The notes under the pieces are model-generated. The model saw only the letters and a program-made list of their open reading frames with translations. It ran no database searches and was not told where the DNA came from. The position numbers and the translations under genes were made by a program. 64,000 nucleotides of DNA from Lama glama (taxonomy: Eukaryota), in contig CM052817.1 of assembly GCA_028534125.1 (NCBI GenBank), positions 1,304,001-1,368,000 of the forward strand, given 5' to 3'. Positions 23,413-38,607 of this stretch are shown one piece after another; within the stretch, counting starts at the first letter, position 1; the number at the start of each line of letters is the position of its first letter.

Positions 23413-24253
23413 ATGGGTCTGTACTTTAAGCAAAGCCATCAGAGCATGACTTAGCAGAAATCCTTAGGAGACTAGCTTTAATCAAAATAAAAAGCCAGGA
23501 AAAGAATAAATTTTAATTAACACACATTTGGGAATCTGTGTAGATGAAGCCTCTCTAGTGGTTGAGCGTGTTGAACTGGTTTGTGTCTGATGGAATTTAA
23601 ATCTCCTCATATAATCTCATTTCTGTCTATAAAGGATTTGCTAAGAAAAGAAGCTTTGGTCCAGCTCACCTTTAGAGTTTCCTTAAACATGAGACAGTCA
23701 AGTCCTGATTAGTGGAGTTAAAATCAATATTTAAAAAAAAACAATAAGCTTGGAGATTAAATCTCACTTCCCACCTATGTGGTTTTACACCATTAAAATG
23801 AAGCTGAGGTGCTAAAAACACACATCAGAATGGGATGAACTTCAATTCCTGTTTCTCCCCAGAGCCGTGACTATTTTGACTAAGATCATGGGTTCATTTC
23901 TGTGGGAATGCAGAACTCGAGTGCCCCTTCCCAGTGTCCACCATCACGGGCAGATCCCTGTGCCGGGTGTGGCCCGTGTAGGGCCTTCTGTCCCAACACT
24001 GCAGGGAGCGGGGTTCAAGCCCAGCCCCCACGGCCCCTCTCTGCCTCTTCCACAGGCCTGTCCACTCACTGCTTCTGGTCCCTTCCATCCAGGCCCCTCT
24101 CGATGGCGGGAGACATGGGCTGCCCTCTTGCTTCTCCTTGACTTGCACCATCACCAAAGGGCCCCAAGGATCATCCATTCTTCAGAATGTTCCAGCTCCA
24201 GTACAGGAGGGGAGGGCAGAGAAGCCCTCCCGCCCCGGGTGCAGCTCCCACCG

Positions 24254-24320
24254 TGCACACACGCGTGCGCACACACACACACACACACTCGCAAACATGC
24301 ACACACGCACACACGCACAT
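24254..24320. repeat. Compound (CA)n/(CG) alternating purine-pyrimidine microsatellite
   Basis: TGCACACACGCGTGCGCACACACACACACACACACTCGCAAACATGCACACACGCACACACGCACAT. Confidence 0.9.
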
Positions 24321-27300
24321 TATCCACTCTCACCGCGTGCAGCAGGTGCAGGAGGCTTCCTCTGGGCAGAGCCACTTTCAGAGCAGATGCTGGGAGGTGG
24401 CTCGAGGCCGGGCCCCATACCAGGGCAGCACCCTGCATGACCGCAGTGCGTTGGGGAAGAGGAGAAAAAACTCCATCCTTAACACTGTTTCCATAAAAAC
24501 AGACTTTTTGCCTCGGTTCAGGGTTTTCCTTGTGAGCCCTGGAGTGCATGACTGTTACTTCCTTTTAGCATCTTGGGTGGGGGGTGCCTCTCTCACACAG
24601 TACGGCTTGCCCCTGAGATGTTATCTGGATCCCGGGGAGTGGGTGCGGGGAGGACTTTGGAACCCAGCCTGGGCCCCAGGGGCTCCCACAGGCAGAAAAC
24701 CCTCCTTGGGGATGAGAAGGCTGACTTCCCACCCCGACCTCTGGCTCAGGGAAGATCCGTTCTCTTCCATGTTAACTTGGGGCATTTATTATTCTCCAAT
24801 AAATGAGATGATGAAACTGAACTCTGTTGACCTCTAGGATCTGTGGAAGCCAAGGCTTAGAAAAGCACAGGATCTTCGGGTAGGTCTGTCTCTTTCAGGT
24901 TGAAATACAAGCACCCTTTAGGGTACTTGATCCTTTTGTGTATTTTTATAGTTTTTAATTAATTCCACAGACAATTTTGTGCCAGCTCTGGGGTAGGGGT
25001 GGGGAATCAGAGGTGGGGAGGCGGGGCCCCGCACCAGGGGCCCCCAGTGGTGTCAGGGGAGTTTGGACAACTTCTAAGGAGGCACAGAGAAGCTAAGAGA
25101 GGAGGAAGGAAGGCTTCGCAGGTCGTGATATTTGAATCAAGTGTTTAGGGATGCCTAGGAGCTCAGCAGGGTGAGTATTCGAGGTTCCGGAGACATGTGT
25201 GCTGCAGCTTCCGAACCAGTGAGAAGCCCAGCGGGCAGGCAGGCGGGCCGCAGGGCAGGCGGGTGGACAAAGGGGGCCCAGGGGCTGCGGCCCCGGGGTC
25301 GGCGTGCTGAGGAGGCCCCCCGGGTCCTGCAGCAGCCAAGAACCTCGGGGGTGTGCTGGTGATGGCTGGAGTGGAAGGAGGCTCCGCGGACCAGAGACCG
25401 CCCCTCCCACAGCCTTCCCCATGTCAGAAGGCGGCACCGTCACCTGCCCCCCACAACGAGGCCGGGCCGGGGTCCTGGTGGTGCCCGCCGCTGGCTTGCT
25501 CATACCAGCGGCTCACACACACTTTGGGGCGAGAACTGATATACAAATGGGAAGTCTCAGGCACCCGCGTGAGCCATTGTGGGTCAGCAGTCAGCCTGGT
25601 TTCTGCAGAACCCATCTTTGAAGCCACTGACTCTCCTGAGACTTGGTCCCCAGGGCCAGCCCTCCGCACCAGGGCTTCAAGCCAGTTTCAGTGCCATTTC
25701 CAAGTTCCAAGAGGCCTGTCTTCTGGCCTCATTCAGGAGAAGCTCCTGCCAGCCTTTGTGTCCATGCACAGCCAGGGCTGGGCCCCAGTCAGGCCTCCGT
25801 GGCTGGGTGGTGCAGGGGCCCAGGTGTGCAGCCGCAGAGGCATGGGGATGCAGACCCTGGGCTGACAGGCAGGCGGCTGCGTTGCTTGCTCTCCTGTCTC
25901 TGACCAGGGCAGGAGTCAGAGCCTCCAGTAAATCCTCGGGGAACGGGGACATGCCAGGTGCAGAGCTCACTCCTCCTAGAACCTCTGTCCCCTGTGCTCT
26001 GGCACCCTTGGCCTGCCGCCCACTGTCACCTTCCTGGAAAATCTCCGGCTTCCCAGTCCCAGGCCTGCCCGTTTCTGGGCTCACTCCTCGGACCGGGTGC
26101 AGGGCCCCCCCATCTGCACAGCCAACATTCTTCCAGGTTGGAGCCGGGTGCCGGCACCCTGGTGCCCAAAGCTACTCTGCATCCCTCCCTCCCCGCGCAG
26201 AAGCACGCAGGCGCCCTGGGGCCTGTCCGTCCCTGCTGCCCTTGGGTTTTTCTCCTACTTTCTAACCGTCGTCTTTTTCTGCTCTCTGGGAGGTTTCCTC
26301 AGCTCCATCTTCTGCCTCTTCTATTTATATCCTCAGTTCTGCTGTCGTATTTTAATTTCCAAGAACTCCCTCTTTCCTGCAGATGTCTGTCAGCTGCCAT
26401 CTCTCTCACCATCCCTCGGAGGCGGTGCAGTCGTCTGTTTCTGGGTTTTTCCTGCTGTATATTGTCTGCTTTCTCTTGCTTCCTTTTTGCTAGTTTTTGT
26501 TTCTGGGTTTTGTGTGAGAGGCTCTCTGCAGTGTCTGGTGGCATTGGGCTCTCGTTGTCTTTACAGAGATGGGGGTTGGGGACTCGGCCAATGGACTGTG
26601 ATTCGCTGAGACTGGCCATCTCCCTGGTGACCCCAGTGTCAGTGTATGTAGCTTTTGTCTTGTCACTCAGTCTCCAGCCTGGAGGGTCTAGGTCTGGGTG
26701 CTGCTGTCCAGAGCCAGTGCAGCTTGTGGGGTAAAGAAGAGGTGCCCTCGCCGTCCCCAGGGCCCTAGGCCTGGCTTTGCCAATGGCCGGTGCCCAGGAG
26801 GGCCAGAGCGTGGTGACCCAGGGGAACTAGACCAAGAGGGGGGAGGGGGAGGGAGCCCCGGGGACCTGGCCACCAGCTCTGAGGACAATTTAGGGGTCAC
26901 CTATTAGAACCAGTTCCTGAGGTCCCAGGCATCCCCCAGGCAGCTTCTCCAGGGTCTGCCAAAGAAGGGCTCTGAGCACACCAGTCTCCTCGGGCTGTTT
27001 CTGGAACGTTCAGGCCTGGCCCTTACTGGCCGTGCAGCTCTCTGGGTGCTGGTGACCTCGTCTTTAAAATGGGGGAGGTTGAGCCTGGCGACCCAGGGGT
27101 TCTCGTTGCCTCAAACTTTTGTGATTAGGTCCCCCTGTCCCTGTGAGCAGGGCCTGGTCGGTGGCCAGTCACCAAAGCCCAGCTGGGCTGAGGGGCTCTC
27201 AGAGGCCGACTCACAAGGTGCCTCCCCTCTCCGGGCTTGCCCCTCCTAGGGGCCATCCCCACCCGCGCACAGTGTAGGGCTTGGGGGCAGGTGGGGGCAG

Positions 27301-27549
27301 CCTGGGAGTCTCCAGAGGGCATGGCGGAGAGGCCCGGGGCTGCGGGTGAGTGGGAGCCTGGGGGCGGACTCCCCAGGCCTGGGCCACAGGCAGCACAGTC
27401 CGGTGGGGATGCAGTCCAGGAGGCGGGCCTGGGCTTACCGCAGCCAGGGCCCCCGCTTCCCTCCAACAGTGCACGCCACACAAGGTCCCGGGCTCCCCGG
27501 TGGGCTTCCTGTCAGTTTGGTGAGGGTCCTTCATCGCCTGCCGATCTGA

Positions 27550-27843
<294 letters not shown>

Positions 27844-30318
27844 TGACGGGAGGCCGAGGCGAGGCTCTCCCCAGCCAAAGGCCCACGTCCCAGCTTCACT
27901 GAGCCACGAGGGTGCTGGCAGTGTTTCCACAGGAGCCCTTCAGGCAGAGGCCCTCTTGGCCTCGGGAGGCCTTCCTGGCGCCCAGAATGTGCATCAGGCT
28001 CCTCTCGTGAGAAGTCGCACTGGCCCCGTAGCTGGGGATGCGTCTACATGGTCGCACCAGCCGCCACTGAAAGCAGACGTGTCAGCCTGGACGCGCCTCC
28101 CTCCCCTCCCTCCACTGTGTGAGGCGCAGGGGCTGGTCCATGGCAGCGAGGCCCACACCTGGAAGGGCACTCAGCCCTTGTTTCTGTGCCCCGGGGGGGT
28201 CCCTGTCCTTCTGTCCCACTTCAAGCACAGAGGGACCCTGAGCTGAAGGCCCTGGGACCGGAGCAGAGCGCCGCCCTCTCAGGCCTGTCCTGCTCTAACA
28301 CCTGAGAGGCCCCCTGTGACCTGACCCGCATCCGTCTGTCTGTCCGTCCACCCACCCATCGAAGGCAGGTGTCCTGGGAGCAGGAGCATGCAGCGCAGGG
28401 GTCCCGCTTTCAAGATTCTGTGGTGTGGGCCCCACTGGGGCATCCAGAGGAGGCCAAGTACACCCAGGGCAGCGCTCGGGGGCTGCCCACTGGCCTGCTG
28501 CCCCCCAGCGCGCCTGACCCGCACCCGCTGGAGGGAGGGGCTGCTGTCACTAATGTGTTAGTTGCAGGATGTTCACCTTTAATTGCCAGCTGCAGCCTTC
28601 CCCTTGCTTTTGTTTAAGAGGGCCTGTGGGAGCAGCTTTGCTGGCCCCCAGGGACGTGGCTGTGGTCAGGCCCCACCCCAGCCCCCCATTACCTGGAGGG
28701 TGTGGCCTCTGCTGTGCCCTCTGGCCACAGATGGACCCACCTTCCCTTCCTCCTTCAGCTGCCACCTCGTGGTTCGGTAGCTGAAAGACCTAGCAGGGAC
28801 GGGGTGGGCGGTCACTGTCCTGTGGAGGGGCCGGGGCCCTGGGCCATGCACACCGAGGCTGGAGGGTTCTGGAAACCAAAGCCTCATGTGTGGGAGAAAG
28901 CCGGGACCACTGGCCCAGTCCCTGCTCCCCAGTGTCGCTCAGGAAAGGCTGTCTCTGCCAGTGGACCCCGGCAGTCAGCAAGGACTGGGGATTGGGGGAC
29001 TCCGGTGCGGCACTCCCCTCCCCCACTCCTCTGCACCCCACTTCTCATACTCTTCCCTGAGACCCTAAGTGTTTGGGGGAAATGACCAACACAGCCAAGG
29101 GCCGAGCCCATCCACAGTACTTCTCTTTCCCCCTCAGACTGGGCTTGCCCAGCTCAGTGCACCCCAACCCCTGCTGGCCCGCCTGCTCCCCACCTGCAGC
29201 CTGGCCCCTTTGGCTGCTCCCTCTGTCTGTCCCACCTCTCTCCCCTCAGTGGGTCTTTTCCACTTTCCCAACAGCCACAAGTGCTGTTAGTTCTCCCAAC
29301 CTGAAGAAACAAAAAAGCCTCTCAGCTCCCCTCCCTGCGTCGCCCGCGGTTTGACCCAGCTCAGCCCCCGAGCTGGTCCCCCAGCCCAGGGGGAAGGGGC
29401 TGCGGGGAGGGTGGGCGGGGAACGAGAGGGGGCTTGTGCAAGAGGCCAGGGGAAAGCAGAGGTGGGTAGGGGCCTGGAAACAGCAGCCCAGGTCCCTGCT
29501 GGAAGGCAGCAGTGGCCAAGTCCCAGAAAGCCTGTTTCACTTTCTAGCTGATTGTGTCAGAGACAACCTGGGCTCAGGAAATAGATTTTTAAATTTTTTT
29601 AAATACCTGATGTAGTGACATCAAAGATCCAAAACCCAAACGGTTCAGAATGGTGTCCATGGGGGTCCCCCCCACCGCGGCCCTCCCAGAGGACACGCAG
29701 AGACCAGCACCCTGCGTTTCCCTCCCCGGGACTGCCTGGGCCTTGCTTGCACAGGCAGCGGATCTGGCAAAAAGCGTGTCTAAACTATATAAATTATATG
29801 CATCAAAGTTGTATGTAATTATATTTAATTTTTGAAACATTTTACTAGGTGGGAGCACATTGTGACACAGTCCTGCACTTTGCATTTTTCACTTCAAAAG
29901 ATTTCATGGGAATTACTCCATGTTCTTATCTTAAAGCTTAACTGTCATAACCATCCCTTGGTGGGTTCACAGATGTTTCCAGTCCTTTACTGTCACAAAC
30001 TGGCCCACTTGTCCCTCCATACCTGGGCAGGTGCGCCTCGGGTCAAGTCCCAGAGTACTGGCCCTCGTGATTTCACAAGATTGCCAGTTAACCCTTGAGG
30101 GAGGTCTACATACTGACAGGCTCCCCGGCAGGTGAGGGGTGCTTTCTCCCCGTGTAGCCTGCTGGCGTGGGGTGCTAGCAAGCGTTTTTAATCTTTGACA
30201 ATCAAATAGGTGGAAGAGCGTTTGATGTAGTTATAATCAGCATTTCCCTTGTTATATTTTCACACATTTCAAAGCAATATATATTTCTTTTTCTGAACTG
30301 TCTGCTTGGACACTTATC

Positions 30319-30745
30319 TGTTAGGAAACAGTGTTTGGCTATAACAACACCAGAAAATCAGTGGCTCAAAGAAATTAGAGGTAATTTTGCTCACATAAGA
30401 AGTAGTCTGCAGACAGGGAGTCCAGGGTGGGTTCACCCTTTGCCTCGTAGTCCCAAAATGGCTGGCCTACCTCCAGCGCTGCATCTACTTCCCAGGTGAG
30501 AAGGCGAGAAAGGCAAACAGCATAAGGCAGGTGCCAGCTGAATCTGCCTAGCTTTCGAGGAGCTTTCTTGGAGGCCACACCTAGGAACTGCCACTACATT
30601 TCATTGATGAGAGGCATGTGCCACATGGTCCATCAGCAAGGGGGCAGAGAAAGTTTCAGCTGGGCACATCACCTTCCCCAACATGACAGCATTCTTCAGT
30701 TAGGCAGGAAGGAAGGGAGAAGGGATTGTGTGGGCACCTGGCAAA
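30319..30745 (-). mobile_element. Old MaLR (MLT1J-like) LTR
   Basis: TGTTAGGAAACAGTGTTTGGCTATAAC...CAGTGGCTCAAAGAAATTAGAGG...TACATTTCATTGATGAGA...CACATGGTC. Confidence 0.6.
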
Positions 30746-32089
30746 CTCAGTTTCCTATTTTCCTACTTTTCTAACTGACTTCAGTCTTTGCACTGCTGGT
30801 GAGCAGGAGCCCCTAGGTACTGGCGATATGAGTTACAAATCTGTGTTGTGGTAAAACCAGCGTCCAGGTCCCCTCCCTGCCCTGGACCAGCTCTGCCCTG
30901 ACCCTGTGGTTCCAGCAGACAAGCTTGGTCTGGGAACTCAGTGACTCCTGTAGGAGGCACTACTGGTTACAGAAAGCTGGCAGCTTTGCGGTCTTCTGGT
31001 GCCCCTGTCCACAGGCCCAGCCCCTCCCCAGGACTTCCCATGAGGCCCTTATCAGGTGCTTGCTGCTCTGCCTGGGCCTGGCCAGATCCCCAGACTCAGG
31101 AGCCCTGAATTTGACCAAGGCCCAAGACTGTATCAGAAACTCAGAAGCCCCTTGGGTTGTAACACTCTGACCTCAGTGACCGAGGCTGGCCCAGACTCAG
31201 GGGCCGGCTCTGGCCCTGGGGCCTCACAGTGTGACCCAGGCCTTGCCCTGCCTCCTCTGGGAGAGAGTTCCCCCTAGTCCAGCCCCAAGAGCCCTCTGCT
31301 GGCCCAGCCAAACGATCTGGTGTAGGGTTTGGTGCCCTCTGACCCCCAAGTCAGCCCCGGGCCCTGTGACCAGCTGGGCTGCCCTTCCCAGTGGTGAGGA
31401 AGGTCATGGGCCTGGCCCCATACACGGGCCCAGGGTGTCACTTATTGCCTGGCTCTGTGCCTTCCAGGACCCGTGGCCTAGTGCAGCCCTGCCTGACCTC
31501 CTCTCCTGGGGGCGGATGGCATCCAGGCTTGTAGCCGCAGCGCAAGGCTCTGACCTCATTAAAACAATACACTCACACTTCCCGAACACAGACGTTTAAA
31601 TGAATGAGAAGTGGAATTGCTGCTGCCCGAGCCCTGGAGGCAGAGGAGCCGTGGGCAGGCGTCCCGCAAAGTCATGCAGCCTCGGCTCAGGCCCTGCTGA
31701 CTCAGGGCGTCCTCCGTGCCAGCCCTGCTGACTCCCTGCTTCCCGCCTGCCCGCTCCCCAACCCCTGGGCTTCCTTTGACAAAACAGGGGACTGGGGCCC
31801 AGCTGGGGCGGGTGCCCTCTGCTGTGGGCACAGCCCAAGGGTGAGAGGAGCCTGGGAGAGAACTGAAGTAGGGGCCTGGTTACTGAGAACAGAGCTGACC
31901 CTTAGCAAGGGCCCCCCCTCTCCTGCCTGTGCTCCAAGGAAGGAGCCCCTGCTCTGTGCCCGGCCTTCACTCAGGGGACGTCATGGGAGGCAGGGCGCTC
32001 CATCCTCTCTCTTGTGAGCACCCAGGTGACAGTCTAGCAGAGAAGGGGCAATAAACCGCCAGAGTGTGCTGCCCGTCAAGTGGGCCAGG

Positions 32090-32450
32090 CCGTGTCTGAC
32101 CCTGAGGGGTGGTTAGGGATGCCTCCCGGGTCAGGTGACATCTGAGCAAAGACCTGATGGGAGTAGGGGAGCAGGTGTGCAGGGAAAACCATCGCAGAGA
32201 GAGGGAGCAGCCAGCATGGAGGCCCTGACGGGGCATCCCACGTGTTGGAGAAAAAGAGGGAGGCCGGTGTGGCTGGAGTGGAGCCAAGGTTGGGTGAGGA
32301 CTCAGAGGGAGCTGGACCGTGCTGCCGCTCAAGGACTCCTTCTGGAAGGTACTGAGGAAGGATAGACATGATCTGACTTTCATTTTAAAAGAATTGCTTG
32401 GCAGCTGGCCGAGGTGAGAATACACTGAGGCGGGGCAGGAGGGGAAGCGG
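32090..32450 (+). mobile_element. L2 LINE fragment
   Basis: GGTGACATCTGAGCAAAGACCTGA...GGCCGGTGTGGCTGGAGTGGAG...GACATGATCTGACTTTCATTTTAAAAG. Confidence 0.7.
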
Positions 32451-33214
32451 GAGAGCCACTGGGACCTGGGCCCGGGGACAGTGCGGGCGAGGGAGGGGTG
32501 TCCCAGGCTCGACCGGGGCCCTGGGGGCAGGGGTTGTGTTTGCTGAGGTGAGAAGGCTGGAGGGGCAGATGTGGGCACAGCCCAGGCGGTCAGCACCAGA
32601 CGTCCCAGTGGACAGTCGGGCAGGAGCAGGAGGAGCTTTCTCGGGTACGGGAGGGCTGGCCAGGGGCGCCCGTTTCAGCCTTGATGCTGGGTGAGGTCAC
32701 CCAGAGGGCAAGTGCTGGTTGGAGCAGCCCTGGAGCCTGGGGGCGAGGGTTGTCGCAGGAGGATGTCATCCCCAGGTCAGGTGGGGTCCCCACAGGAGCC
32801 CAGAAGCCACTCCAGGCTGTGGAAGGAGCAAGGGATTTAAGACAGCGAGAGCTGAGCTGTGGGGAGGGCTGAGAATGGATGCCTGGGCAGCCTCGGCTCT
32901 CCCGAGTGCCTGCCGTGCCCCTGGGGTGAGGGAGCCCTGCCGGGCACAGCTGCCCACTGCCCTCCGGGGGCCTCTCCTCTGCCGAGATGAGGGGGTGTCC
33001 CTCGCCTCCTGTCTCTCCTGCAGGCGCATCTCACCAGCAGAACCACGCTGCCCAGAACCCTGGGGGCGAGTGGCTGGAGAAGGCAGCTCTCGGGCCTCCA
33101 GCCTCCATGGGACAGTATGTGGGCACCGCGCTCACACACCTGGGGCCGGGGCTCCAGGAGGACCTGGGTTTGGCCAGGACCCATCACGTGATCTCTTCAC
33201 ACTGTTGTTTTCCT

Positions 33215-33530
33215 AGCATGAAAGCAAGAGAAGAAATCACAAAGGACAACTTAAAATATTTTACACAAAGTTGAAAGGCAAACCGCAAGCTCACGACAAA
33301 CAACTGTTCCATTAACGACCGTGTTAACTGCCTCAACATACCAAGAGCTCCCAAAGTGATTAGGAAACAGACTATCCCAATAAAAAAAATTAGCCAAGAA
33401 TATAAATTGATACTTCGCAGAAGAGAAATACCAATTAACGCCCAGTAAATGTATGAGATTTCATGGGTAATGAAAAATCCAAAAGAAAGCAATGAGGTAC
33501 CGAAATTTATCTAACAGATTGGCCAAAAAA
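33215..33530 (+). mobile_element. Old L1 ORF2-end fragment
   Basis: A-rich patch with CATACCAAGAGCTCCCAAAG...ATCCCAATAAAAAAATTAGCCAAG...GAAGAGAAATACCAATT...CAATGAGGTACC. Confidence 0.55.
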
Positions 33531-34167
33531 TGGCAGGGGGAGGATGCTGCCCGCAGGAGTTTGTTTTGATGTGTTTTGCATCTGATGAGATCCTGGTCTA
33601 CGTTTTCCGTTTTACGCGGTTCTAACAGTTTTATTCTGTCGTCTTACTGTGAGTTCCCCAGGATGTCATCATGTTGGTGGCGGCCAGCTCATCCATGAGA
33701 CAGACAGGTCAGACTCGACCAGTGATTCCCTCTGATCATGTTCAGGCCGTTAACACCCCACCGCTGCACGTAGCCCCGCTGCCCTGGACGTTTCCTGCCT
33801 TTTGTGTGGTTTCCTTAGATTCTCGGAAGTGAGATGACTGGATTAAAGCGTATGGAAAATACAAGGTTCAGGAAACATGCTTCCAAATTGCTTTTGGGAA
33901 AGACTCCACACCCTCGACCCCCACCAGCCTCACTCACTGCTACTCTGACAACGTCCGATGGTCTTTTTGCTGACAGTCAAAAATGTGATCACTTTTTTGA
34001 GTAGGTAACACGTGACACACACAGGTTACAAACCCCAAAGTGTGTCAAAAAGGAAGTGAAGAGGTCAGTCTTCTCCGATGCTACTCTCCCCTAAAGATTT
34101 TCTTTGCTTGGTTTTTTTTTTCTTTTTGCAATTTTTAAAATCATTCCTTTGAAAAGCTTTATAGGAA

Positions 34168-34764
<597 letters not shown>

Positions 34765-35606
34765 TAGCGGGAGCCCACGCGTCCCCGCAGGCCAGGCGCT
34801 CACCTCCTTGTCAGCCGCAGACTCTCCAGAGCAACGGTGACCTCCCGGGGCACACGCGATGTCTAGGTGGTCCTTCTCTCACCAGTTCCTTGTGGCTGCC
34901 TCCTGAGTGGGTGGACAGGGGATGGGCTCCCCCCCTTACCGACGTGGAGATGGACTCCAGGCACACTGACAGCCACGCCTTGCTGCCCACGTCTGGAGCC
35001 CCAGCCCCCAGGAGGCCAGCCTGGGGGAAATGACAAACCTTTATCATCGGCTGAGCTCTTGACCCCACAGCTCTGAGGATTTATGGCTGGCCTTATGGCC
35101 AGGGTCTGGACTGTCCTGATAGGGATTAAATAGGAGGAGGTGTCTCTGCCCAGGCTTCCTGCCGGCCATCTGCCCTCATGGGGCGTGGTGACCATGGGAA
35201 GGGTGGCCCAGCCCCTGACCCCACATAGGCTTCAGTGCCCGTCCAGCAGGGGAGGGAATGGGACTGAGGGTGCTTGGAGACTGAACTGGGTGCCCCCTCA
35301 CCCCCTCGCCCAGGGACATCCAAGTTCTAGTTGACGATTCAGCCTCAGAATTATCAATCTGAAATCCAGAGAAGTTTTGGAATTTCTGAAAATGTATCAC
35401 ACGAGACCCTGCACGAGGAAGCTCTTTAAAGGCACGGGTCCCGCCCACTGAGATGCGTCGCTTGTGCTGCGGTGTCACCTTGCTTGTTCCCACATGGGCC
35501 CTGACGAGCTTTTCGCCTCTGGTTATGCACCCTGACTGAGGTGGGCGCCTTGGGCTCTGGTTGCTGCCCCTGCAGCGCACTTGTTGGGCCCTTAGCCTCT
35601 GTCTGA

Positions 35607-35885
<279 letters not shown>

Positions 35886-36404
35886 TAACGAGAGGAACTG
35901 CTGGGCTTATCCTGTGTTTGAAACAAACCCATACCATCTCCTCGCTGCCAGTGTGCTTTCTGCGCCCGGGGAGTTTGGTTTCCATTCCTCGGGGTCCCAG
36001 TGGGTGGAGACTGCTGGATGTCAGCTGCCAGCCGGGGCGGGGTCCCTGCCCATCCAGGGCCTGGGCCTCTGGGGCCTTCTCAGACTCCTCAGACTCGCGG
36101 CCAGACCCCAGGCTTACGGCAGCCCCTCCCCTCCAGGAAGGGCTGGGCAGTTTTAAGGGGGCCAAGGGGCAGGGGCTGAGGATTGGCACGCTCCTGGAGG
36201 GGACTGCAGAGCCCACCTCACTGCCCTGCCTGGGGCCACATCTGTGGCTGCCTGCTTACCTTTGTGAAAAGCTGGGATACCCAGGCCTCAGGGCCGGCAG
36301 GACCGTGAACGAGCCTGAGGCCCACTGCCCTTTGCTGGCCACTCCCAGAAGTGTGTGCCGTGGGACAGGCCCTTTCTCCGCCCGCAGTGCCCAGGGGCAG
36401 GTCG

Positions 36405-36490
36405 ATCCTATAGGCACTCGTCCCATGGTTGAGGAAACTGAGGCACAGAGAGGTTTGGTAACTTGCCCAACGTCACACAGCAAGTGAGCA
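36405..36490 (-). mobile_element. MIR SINE core fragment
   Basis: GAGGAAACTGAGGCACAGAGAGGTTTGGTAACTTGCCCAACGTCACACAGCAAGT. Confidence 0.8.
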
Positions 36491-37968
36491 GACAACGATT
36501 GGCTCCTCTTCCTCACTCAGCTTGGGGGTCAGTCACCAGACCAGGACAGTGGCTTCCTGGAGAACAGTGGGCAGATCTCAGGCCCCAGAAGTGCTGTGGG
36601 GCCTCTCTGAAAGGGAGCTGCAAGTGGTTCAGGCAGGGTGGGGGTGGAAGCCTCGCCATCGCCCCTGCCTGGGGAAGGGGAGACCCCAGAGATCTAGGAC
36701 TGGCGGCTCACACAGTACCGCCCCCCGCAGGTGACCTGGGGCAGCATGTTATTTTTAACTATGCGTTTTCCTACCTACGCATAAGCGTAAGCAATTCACA
36801 GTGGGTAGATATGTGCATGGTTCTCTTAAGCAAAGTCTCCGCCTCACGACAGCATGTTATGACAGGTGTTTGGAGACCGCCCTGGGGCCCGCTGCCCTGG
36901 CTCAGGGCGCCTGCACTTGGTTTACGCTCTGTTTTCAGTCTTGAAATTCTTAGTGATTGTTGAGCAAGGGACCCGTGTGTCATCTTGCACTGGGTCCCAC
37001 AGCGGTGGTGTTGGCCCTGCACTGGCCTCCGCCTGCAGACTCTGGAGGGGCCGGCTTGGGACCCCGTGGACAGGTGCACACGCCAGTGCAGGGCCTCCAG
37101 GGCTGGTGCCTGGGCATCTGGCTCCCTGGAGACTTTCTGGAAGAAGATGCATGGAAATGGCCCACACCAACTCACATGGGAGCTGGGAGCTGCAGGGATG
37201 GGGCGAGACAGCCTACACCCCATGTGCCGCACGCCACACCCTGGCCGGTGATGGCAGTCCCGTTAAGGCCCACCTGCCTCAGGGCTCCAGGGGAGAGATC
37301 AGCCTGGGCCCCAGAGACAGGGAGCAGACTGCTGGGGTCAGGACGGCTGCCCTGTGGTCTCCCCAGGGAGACCCCCACAGACTGCACCCTGGATGTCGTC
37401 ACCACTGTGGTCGGCGGTGATGTGTCGGTGTGTGCAGCATGCCCAGGCTGGTGGGCCGGCACCCTCAGCTGTGGTCTCTGTGGGAGACAGTGCTGTATGT
37501 GGCTGAAGCTGGCCCATCCTTCTGGAGGGACCAGTCTTGGGACAGCACCTGGATAGGGGCTGGCAATCCTACTGCCTCCAAAGACCCCCAAACTCGCATG
37601 CTGGAATCCCCCAGTTGGCTGGAGTACCCACCCTGGAGCCCCACTCCCATCCCATCCCGTGCCCTTGTGGGGCTACCTCCACCACATCCCCAGCGCAGAT
37701 GGTGGCCTCATTTTGGAGAGCCCTGTGCACAGGCAGTAGGGGGGGGTACGTCCCTGGATGGGGGCCAGCAGTCCAGCTGTGATGATGGGGGGTGGGGGTG
37801 GGGATGGAGGGGTGTCCCGAGTAGGAGTGGGCTGGGAGTAGCAGAGACTCCAGGGCCCAACTCCAGGGGGCCGACTACCGCCTCCAGACAGGACGTGGGA
37901 GCAGGGCTGGGAGGCGGAGATGACCTGGGGGACTGGGAGGGAGGTGACGGGGCTGTGGCGCTGGGTGA

Positions 37969-38607
<639 letters not shown>

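Noticed and set aside
24800..24900. Box C/D snoRNA (ATGATGA followed by CTGA)
   Set aside because: The CTGA is only a few nt from the C-box-like motif, and I found no properly spaced D box or terminal stem.
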